Assembly: GCA_046485285.1 (NCBI GenBank)
Contig: JAWOHE010000089.1
Location: forward strand, 32,449-96,448
Direction of reading: 5' to 3'
DNA: 64,000 bases
Origin: a bacterium
GTDB lineage: Bacteria; Hydrothermota; Tepidihabitantia; Tepidihabitantales; Tepidihabitantaceae
The notes below the pieces were generated by a model, which did no database searches, was not told the DNA's origin, and saw only the letters and a list, made by a program, of their open reading frames with translations. This document shows positions 35,655-43,404 of the stretch, one piece after another; positions within the stretch are counted from its first letter, which is position 1; each line of letters starts with the position of its first letter. A program made the position numbers and the translations under genes.

Positions 35655-36659
35655 TCAAAACGGCGTCGAGTCGTGCACATCCTGCGGAAGCTTCCCCTGG
35701 TTCGGGTTCAGGATGCGCTTGGCCCTTTCCAGCACATGATCGTATGTGAGTATGGTGAGGTTGTGATAGCAGGAATTGAGGAGGCGGTATGTCTCTTGCT
35801 TGGGAGTATCCCACCCGGTCGAGCGGCCGTAGATGAGGACACATCGTGGCTTGATGGCCTTAACGCCTTGCATCCTCTCGGTGAATTCCAAATCGTTCAT
35901 CCTCCGTTCCACCTCGTGGATGTAGCGAGCGGACTGCGTGATTGCCTCGACTAGCTTCCCGGATGGTACGGGGTGCCCGCCGTTCGCTAGCTTCCGCCAG
36001 AAGCGTAGGTCCGGCGCTGGTTTCTTTATCTCGATTATGTCCACGAATCCATCGTACGCCTGCATGATGAAATCCGCCACATTCCCCACGTCGATTCTCC
36101 GCTCGTCCAGTACACGCACGAACTCACTCCCAAGGACCCAAGGGTTCGACTTGAACCAGTTCTCCCAGTCTGATTCATCAAGGTCTCGGCAGAGCATTTC
36201 CTCAAACTGCCTGACCGCCTTCTTATGTGACTGCAGTTGGATGCCTGCAGCTATCTCGTCGGGCAGAATCTCATTCTCGGCAATGAAACGCAGCAGGTCA
36301 GTCCTGTTGGGATTCGCGAATATTGCCCGCAGGTGCGCTAGGTTCTCGGCGTCGAATCGCTCATCTATGGCGATGTACTTGCGCTGGCCGCGTCGAAACG
36401 GTTCGTAGCTCTCCTGAAGGAAGCTGATCAGGGCGTCAAACTCGTCGTGGTCTAGAGTAAGCTCGCTCCGGGGTTTGGCGGTTTCGCATTTACCAGACGG
36501 TCGGTCGTATCGACCTATCTTCAGCCGAATATCCTCCCGCGGAGTCTTGTGGCTGATCTTCCAGAAGACCACCTTTGTGAACGTCTTCTTGGTTGTACGC
36601 AGAACCTTAGATAGGTAGTCTTCCAGTCCCGGTCTAGGGGCCTGCTTTGTCAGTGTCAT
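35655..36659 (-). CDS. DUF4263 (Shedu SduA-like) PD-(D/E)xK nuclease domain protein
   Basis: 335 aa from ATG 36659 (MTLTKQ). 'ESDWENWFKSNPWVLGSEF', 'RIDVGNVADFIMQAYDGFVDIIEIKKPAPDLF' (D..(D)-E-I-K), 'SGKLVEAITQSARYIHEV', 'PRCVLIYGRS'. This order of blocks matches DUF4263. Confidence 0.5.
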   Translation of the reverse strand: MTLTKQAPRPGLEDYLSKVLRTTKKTFTKVVFWKISHKTPREDIRLKIGRYDRPSGKCETAKPRSELTLDHDEFDALISFLQESYEPFRRGQRKYIAIDERFDAENLAHLRAIFANPNRTDLLRFIAENEILPDEIAAGIQLQSHKKAVRQFEEMLCRDLDESDWENWFKSNPWVLGSEFVRVLDERRIDVGNVADFIMQAYDGFVDIIEIKKPAPDLRFWRKLANGGHPVPSGKLVEAITQSARYIHEVERRMNDLEFTERMQGVKAIKPRCVLIYGRSTGWDTPKQETYRLLNSCYHNLTILTYDHVLERAKRILNPNQGKLPQDVHDSTPF

Positions 36660-36717
36660 CGAACCCCCAATCCAGACGTTACGTCCGGACCACTTCTGTG
36701 ACGCGAGCGTGACGTCT

Positions 36718-36927
36718 TCACTGCAGCACCCTTTTGAGGTCCGCCCGCCAGTCCTTGTCCGCGTATTCGCCTTCATCGAGAATCTGGAAGCGGAACTGCT
36801 CGTCTGCAAAGCCCTTGCCAAGCTCCTGCCAGGTTACCTTCTTGCCGACCTCCTCAAACACCCGCGCCACGGTGGCTATCAAGTAAGATGTCCCCGAGAC
36901 CCTTTCACTGCTTCTTTGCCTGGGCAA
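36718..36927 (-). CDS. possible small ORF (69 aa) between the two island genes
   Basis: Protein-like sequence 'VARVFEEVGKKVTWQELGKGFADEQFRFQILDEGEYADKDW'. Overlaps the GHKL gene end by 23 nt and the non-protein-like 5' extension of the DUF4263 frame. Confidence 0.25.
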   Translation of the reverse strand: MPRQRSSERVSGTSYLIATVARVFEEVGKKVTWQELGKGFADEQFRFQILDEGEYADKDWRADLKRVLQ

Positions 36928-38617
36928 ACCGGACGTCGAGCTTTTCCTCGAGGTAACACTTCAGCCGAATCACTTGGATCTTGGTCCTGGTGTTGCCGGC
37001 ATCGAGGTAGTACTTACTGGCGTCGGCATCTCCAGTCGGGTAGACGATGCGCCGTTTGGTTTTGTCGACGCTGGACTCGAGCTCAAACCCATCTTCGCAG
37101 TCATCCGTGAAGTCCCAGCAGACGACCCACCTGAGGTTGGTGAAGCCGTGGTTGAAGTTACGATGTCCCAATCTGTGCTTGAACTCGACGTACCCGTGGG
37201 GCAGTTCGGAGACTCCCGGGTTGCCTATGCTACGAGCGATCATGTCGATTCCCCGTGCTGTATTGTAGTCGCAGGGCAGAAACTCAAATAAGTCAGGGTG
37301 TTTGGCGTAGACTCTCATGAACAGCCCGAACAGCTCGGCCTCATTCTGCGGCTCCAGCACCTCCTGGTCGTCTATCGAGGCGCGGGCACGATACTTGATG
37401 CTCTTGACCCGGCTCTTGTAGTCGGTCTCCTCCTGCTTCTGTGTCCGAGCCTCCTCCTGCATGTTCATCAGCGCGTACAGCTGGTTCTTCAGGATGTCCC
37501 GATCCACGGCTTCGACCACCTCAGCTATGGCTATCTTGAGCCCAGCAGTGACTTGGGGGTCGGTATTCGCGAATGTGCCACGGTTAGCTGTGAGATTGAG
37601 TTCCTGGCAGTTCACGAAGCCATGCAGGAGTACCCAGGCGTTGCCGCCAGTTCCAAAGCTAGATATCCACTCATTGACTCGGCAGACCGGGATGTAGTCC
37701 TTGCAGAGCCAGATGCCGTATCTGTCGCCTACTTTGTATCCATCCGAGCCCTTGCGAAGCCGCTGCTTGATCATCGGATTGTATGCCCTCTTCGCCAAAT
37801 CCCCTTCGACGTAGATGACGGCCTCGTAGCGCACGTCGGGAAGGTCTTGCAGTACGTCAGTCTTGTGGTACCGCTTCACGAAGTAGTCGGCGGCGTCGTA
37901 GGAGTACCGGTCGAATAGCTTATTGAGGTCGGCGGCCTCCGGTGGGAACGGGTGGCCATGGGGTAGGGCCTCATGCTCCGCAACATCCAATCCCTTGAGA
38001 TGCACAGTTAGCTCTCGCTTCACCTGGCCTGTCAGTTCCTTCTCCACCGAGCCGGCTTTCGTGCACCACAGCACGTAGTCCTTCACGACACGCTGTGTAA
38101 ACGTGCCGCTTGCGTTGTTATTGTAGCCTTGGAGCTCTATCTCAGTGAACGTCTTGCCATCGTTGGGCGGGGAGACTTCCCACCACTCAGGCGCATGGAG
38201 TTCGTGGTTACAGAGCTTCCTGAAGGGGCGCTCACATTCCGCAGCGAAGGCCCCATCAGGACCAAGTGTGCTCACCCTGACCTTCTCTGAGTTGAGGAAG
38301 ATCTTGGTGCCATGGCCCTTCTCGCCGATCTTCTGCGAGTCGCCACGGGACTCCGAATGGCCCAGTCCCCAGAACGTCGCCGAGACCGCCTGCTTGGACA
38401 TTCCGGTGCCGTCGTCCCGGAAGCGGACTATCAGCGTTCTTGCGCCTTCCAGCCGTTGCGTCTCAAAGGTGATCCAGATATTCGAGGCTTCCCAATCATG
38501 CGCGTTGGATATTGCCTCGCGAACGGCCTCCAGCGGTTCCGCGAAGTCGTTCGCAATCTCGAAGAACTCCCGAGCTTCATCTACTGACGGCACCACTGTG
38601 TGTCTAGTTGTGTCCAT
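36905..38617 (-). CDS. GHKL-type ATPase (HATPase_c/MORC-like) with C-terminal DUF3883/PD-(D/E)xK-like region
   Basis: 570 aa. N box 'EAISNAHDWEASNIWI', G1 'RFRDDGTGMSK', G2 'KIGEKGHGTKIF'. C-terminal 'ARGIDMIARS...ELPHGYVEFKHRLG' (D...E-x-K). Low GC (~50-55%) compared with ~70% in the flanks. Confidence 0.6.
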   Translation of the reverse strand: MDTTRHTVVPSVDEAREFFEIANDFAEPLEAVREAISNAHDWEASNIWITFETQRLEGARTLIVRFRDDGTGMSKQAVSATFWGLGHSESRGDSQKIGEKGHGTKIFLNSEKVRVSTLGPDGAFAAECERPFRKLCNHELHAPEWWEVSPPNDGKTFTEIELQGYNNNASGTFTQRVVKDYVLWCTKAGSVEKELTGQVKRELTVHLKGLDVAEHEALPHGHPFPPEAADLNKLFDRYSYDAADYFVKRYHKTDVLQDLPDVRYEAVIYVEGDLAKRAYNPMIKQRLRKGSDGYKVGDRYGIWLCKDYIPVCRVNEWISSFGTGGNAWVLLHGFVNCQELNLTANRGTFANTDPQVTAGLKIAIAEVVEAVDRDILKNQLYALMNMQEEARTQKQEETDYKSRVKSIKYRARASIDDQEVLEPQNEAELFGLFMRVYAKHPDLFEFLPCDYNTARGIDMIARSIGNPGVSELPHGYVEFKHRLGHRNFNHGFTNLRWVVCWDFTDDCEDGFELESSVDKTKRRIVYPTGDADASKYYLDAGNTRTKIQVIRLKCYLEEKLDVRFAQAKKQ

Positions 38618-39043
38618 GTTCCTGTCTGCTCCCTAGGGTTGGCATTGCCCGCATCGTAGCGAGCGGGGAGGAGGTTGTCAAGCGAGTTGGTGCATCGTTG
38701 ATGGCTCGCGGTTCAGCGTTCACCGTACCGGGCCGTCCGTGTTCATCGGTGTCCACCCAGGGCTGACGCTCGGGGCCGGTATGGAGGGTCTGGCGCGGTA
38801 TCGCGCCGCGCACGGCTGGGGGAGGGCCCACAGCCGAATCGGCAGGCCGGGCGGAAGTAGCGCACAACCTGTCCACGACGCAGGTCGTGATTGACAACTG
38901 GCGAACAGCGGGTAGAACTGAAGCGCTGTACCAGGTGCAGGCTCAGGGCAGCGTGCTCTGGTCCACTTGCTAGAGCGTGCGTTCTATGGATTCCGGCGGA
39001 GCCGGGAGGTAGAATCTGGGTCCGTCCGGAGGTGCTGAGGGAG

Positions 39044-39697
39044 GTTTGCTTGCTAGGTGAAAGATGCTGCTACGAGACCATATCGGTCCTCGCGCTGGCA
39101 CTGTTGCTCGCTCATGGATGCGTTAGCGCCCCTGCAGTTCGCCGCTACCCACCGGACGATGTCATATGGTCCCCGCGGACTGAGTACGGAAGGGCGTACA
39201 AGAACCACAACGTTACACTCCTGACATCTCTCGTTCAGAGCATCCAGACTTCGCCTCAGCTCGGGTCTGCTACTCTGGAGCGGGAAGGACTGCTCGTGAC
39301 CTACCGCGCCGAGGAAGGAGACACCGGCTACTACCTGTCTGTACACCTCACCTGCAATGTGGTGTTCAACACGCTGCAGACCAACTACCTTCAGAGGGCC
39401 GCCAGCGCCTACTCGCGGATTCTCTTTCCATTTGCCTGCATTCTGGCTGAACACCCAGAGTTACTCGACTACGAGCGTATCAGCGGGGTTCTGGTGTGGC
39501 TCGATTGGCGGGCGACCAACTTCCTTGAGGACCGGTACAGAGTGTTTGCGCGAACCGAGGGGATGAATGCCTTTGTGTCAACGCCGGTCTTGAGGGAGTT
39601 CGCCGGCGAGAAGATATCTATTCAAGAACTCGGGCGCCGCTCCGTATTCACGTCTACCGGTGGGAGAACAGAACTTGACTTCAGCAACATCCCCTGA
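39044..39697 (+). CDS. hypothetical secreted/lipoprotein at the right edge of the low-GC island
   Basis: TTG start 6 nt after GGGAGG. Signal 'ISVLALALLLAHGC'. The track's longer ORF from 38891 overlaps a promoter-like region. Confidence 0.4.
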   Translation, partial: VCLLGERCCYETISVLALALLLAHGCVSAPAVRRYPPDDVIWSPRTEYGRAYKNHNVTLLTSLVQSIQTSPQLGSATLEREGLLVTYRAEEGDTGYYLSVHLTCNVVFNTLQTNYLQRAASAYSRILFPFACILAEHPELLDYERISGVLVWLDWRATNFLEDRYRVFARTEGMNAFVSTPVLREFAGEKISIQELGRRSVFTSTGGRTELDFSNIP

Positions 39698-40243
39698 CAT
39701 CGTGTCGGTGCTTGGCTGGTTATTTCCCGGTTCTCGGTCCCTCGGACCCGAGTCAGCCCTGGCCCACAGTCCGATAGCGGGTAGACGCGCTCGTGCGCCC
39801 TGCAGGGGGCAGGGGCTTGGCTTGACTCGACTAGTGCGATGTCCGGACGCGGCCTCCTGCCGAAGAGGAAGCAGTCCGTTGGCGAGGCCGAAGTACGCTT
39901 CGTCTGCAACGTCATACACCCGCGTCCGGCCGTAGTAGCACGCGGTCGGCCAAGCCCGGGCGACAGGGTGGGCTTGACCGGCGGGCGCACGATGGGCGGT
40001 AGCGTGCCGGGCTTCGGACGGACGCGGCCCGGAGCGGCGCGCTGACCAGAGGCCCGGACAGACCATCGTGATCGAGTGCCAAACGAGGAACTCAGTCGCC
40101 GGGCCAGGGTGAGCCGGGTGTCTGCCAGCCCGGCATCCTGTCTGGGGCCGGAGACGGCACATGCGATGGAGCAGGCGACCGAATGGGCGACCCGGCCCCA
40201 GTGCCGGCGGCGGGCTGGTCGCCGGGTCCGGGCTTCGGCGGTC

Positions 40244-41146
40244 TCAGCGGTAGGCCGGCGCGGGCGCGCGGACCCGGAGGGCGCGGGGGAGGATTTCGAG
40301 CCGGAACCGGCGGGCGTCCGGCCAGTCGAGGAGGTCGCCATCGAGCTGGACGGGGACCGGGCCGTCGAATTCGAGGGCGAGTTCGGCGGCGCGCAGGAAC
40401 CTGACTTCGGGCAGGGAGCCGTGGGTGCCGCGGACGAGTTCGGGCAGGCAGCGGAGTATCCGGAGCCGGCCGACGGCGGCGATGACGCAGAGGTCGAAGA
40501 GGCCGTCGTCGAGCGCGGCGTCGGGCGCGACTTTCATCCCGCCGCCGTAGCAGGGGCCGTTGGCCGCGGCGACGAGGAGCACGGGCTGTTCGATTGTCTG
40601 CGCGCCGGCGGCGAGGCGGCAGCGCGGGCAGTCGAAGTCGCGGACCGCGAGCAGGACCGCGGCGAGGTAGAGCGGCATTCCCCGCAGGTGCCGGAGCCGG
40701 CGGGCCTCGACGATGACCCGGGCGTCGAAGCCAAAGCCGGCGGCGTTGGCGAAGGCCGCGACGCGGCCGCCGGATTCGAGCCGGCCGAGGTCAATCGGCC
40801 GGGCCGGGCATTCGGCGGCGAGGCGGCAGGCGGCGGCGACGTCGGGCGGGATGCCGAGGTTGCGGCAGAAGTCGTTGCCCGAGCCAACCGGGACCGCGGC
40901 AAGTTCGGTGTCGCTGCCGGCGAGGCCGGCGGCGACCTCGCGGGCGGTGCCGTCGCCGCCGACCGCGACGACGAGCCCGCGGCCGCGGGCGGCGCGGGCG
41001 AGGTCGGTGGCGTGGCCGGGGCGCTCGCTCTCGACGAACTCGATGCCCGGGATGAGCCGGGCGAGCTCGGCGCGGGCCCGGGCGCGGAGTTTCGCGCCGC
41101 GCGCCCGGCCGGCGACCGGGTTGATGACGGCAAGGGCGCCTGGCAA
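40244..41146 (-). CDS. diacylglycerol/lipid kinase family protein (DAGK_cat, YegS/BmrU-like)
   Basis: 'AVINPVAGRARG', 'VVAVGGDGTAREVAAGL', 'VPVGSGNDFCRNLGIP', 'GGGMKVAPDA'. Start set at TTG 41146 because the upstream ATG (41230) would overlap the divergent gene's start codon. Confidence 0.7.
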   Translation of the reverse strand: MPGALAVINPVAGRARGAKLRARARAELARLIPGIEFVESERPGHATDLARAARGRGLVVAVGGDGTAREVAAGLAGSDTELAAVPVGSGNDFCRNLGIPPDVAAACRLAAECPARPIDLGRLESGGRVAAFANAAGFGFDARVIVEARRLRHLRGMPLYLAAVLLAVRDFDCPRCRLAAGAQTIEQPVLLVAAANGPCYGGGMKVAPDAALDDGLFDLCVIAAVGRLRILRCLPELVRGTHGSLPEVRFLRAAELALEFDGPVPVQLDGDLLDWPDARRFRLEILPRALRVRAPAPAYR

Positions 41147-41228
41147 GGTCCTGATGATGCCGCCGGGGCAGGGGCTGTCAAGCCGGGCCGGGCTTGCGGC
41201 CGGGCCCGGCGTCCGGTATAACCTTGCC

Positions 41229-42692
41229 ATGAGAGCAATCACGGTTTCGCTCGCCATCCTGCTCGCGGCGCCGGCCGCGGCGCAGGACTGGGAGACGGTC
41301 GGCGGCAACTCGGCACGCTCGGGGCTGAGCCCGTGGTCCGGGCCGAGGTACGGCGAGGTCAGGTGGAGCATGCCGACCCTGCCCTCGACGATCGGGATGC
41401 AGGTATATACCTGGGACACGCTCTGCGCGGTCGGCCGCTACACCTTCAGCCCGAACCTGATAACCGTCGCCTGCCACAACCTGCTGACCGGCGACACGGC
41501 CTGGACGCGGAACTGGTCGGGCGCGGGTAAGTACCTGCCGTTCGGCGCCCGCGACGGCCGGCTCTACGTCCGCAACTTCAAGGAGTCCAGGTTCGACAGC
41601 CTGTACTGCGTGAGCATGAGCACCGGCGACATCCTCTGGCAGGTCGATTCCGCGTGCGGGCTCGGCATCGTCTGGAGCGCGGCGTTCACCGACGAGGGCG
41701 ACCCGGTCGTTGCCGGGGGCAGGTACCCGCTGGCGCGCTACGACCGTCTGACCGGCGACACGGTCTGGACCTGCGCGCGGCCGATACCCAACTCCGGGGC
41801 GGAGTGCGTCGGCGTTTCCGACGGGTTCGTCTACGCCTGGATGGGCGCGGGCATCAACCGGCCGAAGTACCTGATCGCGATTGACGCGGCGACCGGCGTC
41901 ATCACGGACACGACACCGGAACTGCCCGGCGACGGCGACCAGGAGATGCCATTCTCGGTCGGGCCGGGCCGGGTCGTCTACTGCCAGCGCGACGGCGGCC
42001 GATTCCACGCGTTCCGGCACACCGACACCGGCTTCGTCGAGCTGTGGAACGCGGACCCGTTCGGCGCGAGCCCGTGGATGAATTATGGCATCGCGCCCGA
42101 CAGCACCCTGCTCGTGCCGCGCGGCCGGCGGCTGTTGCGGCTCGACCAGCACACCGGCGCGGTGCTCGATTCCTCGCCCGAGCTGACCGCAGGCGACGCG
42201 CTGGCGCCCCGGGTCGCGGTCGACCGGCACGGCTGGGTTTACCTCGCGACCGGGGTCAACGCCGGTGGGGGAACGTGGTGCCTGTCGCCGGAGCTCGACA
42301 GTGCGTGGTTCGAGCCGATGACCAGCAGTTACTACACCGGCCCGGCGATCGGGATGCACGGCATCACGGTCGTCTCCGGCCCGGGCACGACAATCAGGGC
42401 CTGGCAGCCGGCGCTGGGCATTGCCGGCGGCGAGCCGGGACCGGCACGGCGTCTCGCGCCGGGCTGCAGCCCGAACCCGTTTCGGTCCGGGACGCTGGTC
42501 CGCGCGGCCCGGCCCGGGGTGGTGACGGTGTACGACGCGCTCGGCCGCGAGGTGCGGCGCCTCGAGGCCGGGCCGGCCGGCGCGTGGTGGGACGGCCGGG
42601 ACGCGGCCGGCGTGGCGCTGGCCGCCGGGGCCTACATCCTGCGCGCGGGCGGCGAGCAGGTCCGGGTCGTGATTGCCGGGGTGGCGCGGTGA
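41229..42692 (+). CDS. secreted PQQ-like beta-propeller repeat protein with T9SS C-terminal domain
   Basis: 487 aa. Signal MRAITVSLAILLAAPAAAQ. Repeated 'TGDTVW...G.lY' propeller blades. C-terminus 'VVTVYDALGREVRRL...GAYILRAGGEQVRVVIAGVAR'. Confidence 0.65.
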   Translation: MRAITVSLAILLAAPAAAQDWETVGGNSARSGLSPWSGPRYGEVRWSMPTLPSTIGMQVYTWDTLCAVGRYTFSPNLITVACHNLLTGDTAWTRNWSGAGKYLPFGARDGRLYVRNFKESRFDSLYCVSMSTGDILWQVDSACGLGIVWSAAFTDEGDPVVAGGRYPLARYDRLTGDTVWTCARPIPNSGAECVGVSDGFVYAWMGAGINRPKYLIAIDAATGVITDTTPELPGDGDQEMPFSVGPGRVVYCQRDGGRFHAFRHTDTGFVELWNADPFGASPWMNYGIAPDSTLLVPRGRRLLRLDQHTGAVLDSSPELTAGDALAPRVAVDRHGWVYLATGVNAGGGTWCLSPELDSAWFEPMTSSYYTGPAIGMHGITVVSGPGTTIRAWQPALGIAGGEPGPARRLAPGCSPNPFRSGTLVRAARPGVVTVYDALGREVRRLEAGPAGAWWDGRDAAGVALAAGAYILRAGGEQVRVVIAGVAR

Positions 42693-43117
42693 GGGTGGGA
42701 CGCGGGCTGGCCGGGGCGCTGGTCGTCGCGGCGGTGTTCGCGGCCGGCTACCTGGTCGGGCGCGGACAGCGGCCGGCCGGAGCGCCGGTGCTCATGAACC
42801 CGGACAGCGTGCCGGGCTTCCCGAGGGGCGGCCTCGAGGCACACGGGCAGGAGGGCGAGCCGGCGTTTGCCGACTCGGTCGAGCTGTTGCTGGCCGACCT
42901 CGACCGGCGCATCGCGGCCCTGCACGGTGACGCCGGGACGGCCGATGCCGGGTTCGAGCACATCTACGTCTACTACGGGAGGTGCCGCGACGGGCTGAGG
43001 CGGCTGAGGCTGGTCTCCGAACCGGACACGGTCGAGGCTATCCGCCGGCAGGTTGTGGCGCACTACCGCGCGGCGGAGCGGGCCTTGCGGCTGGCCGAAG
43101 CGCGGCCCGGCCGCTGA
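42689..43117 (+). CDS. hypothetical membrane-anchored protein
   Basis: GTG overlaps the upstream stop. N-terminal TM 'LAGALVVAAVFAAGYLV'. 142 aa. Confidence 0.4.
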   Translation: MRVGRGLAGALVVAAVFAAGYLVGRGQRPAGAPVLMNPDSVPGFPRGGLEAHGQEGEPAFADSVELLLADLDRRIAALHGDAGTADAGFEHIYVYYGRCRDGLRRLRLVSEPDTVEAIRRQVVAHYRAAERALRLAEARPGR

Positions 43118-43124
43118 GCGGCAG

Positions 43125-43346
43125 TCAGACCTCGTCGTCCTCGTCGGGCGGAATCTCGGTACCGTCGAGCGGCCGGCCGCAGGCCGGGCAGGTGCTATCG
43201 TCGCCCGGGCAGGCCGCCCCGCATTCCGGGCAGCGGGCGAGGCCGTCCGCGGCGTCCGTCTCGCCGGCCCCCTCGAGGTCGGCGTAGCACTCCGGGCAGT
43301 AGCGCTCGTCGCTCGTGAGCTGGGCTCCACATTGCCAGCAACGCAT
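43125..43346 (-). CDS. double zinc-ribbon protein
   Basis: 73 aa. CWQCG...CPECY...CPECGAAC...CPACG. Confidence 0.5.
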   Translation of the reverse strand: MRCWQCGAQLTSDERYCPECYADLEGAGETDAADGLARCPECGAACPGDDSTCPACGRPLDGTEIPPDEDDEV

Positions 43347-43404
43347 TCAGAACCTCCTGTCAGTATCACGGCACGACCCAGATTAGCGCCGGCGGGGCGG
43401 GCGG

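Noticed and set aside
39578-40341. Minus-strand ORFs 39578..40162 and 39622..40341 and a possible tRNA at the island's right boundary
   Set aside because: Their composition is non-protein-like (Arg/Pro/Ala-rich GC shadow). I found no tRNA T-arm/acceptor pattern (GGTTCGAATCC-like). The region is left as unassigned GC-rich spacer.
41228-41230. Upstream ATG as start of the lipid-kinase gene (track ORF 40244..41419)
   Set aside because: It would overlap the start codon of the divergent 41229 gene, and the extended N-terminus is low-complexity. TTG 41146 was chosen instead, with lower certainty.
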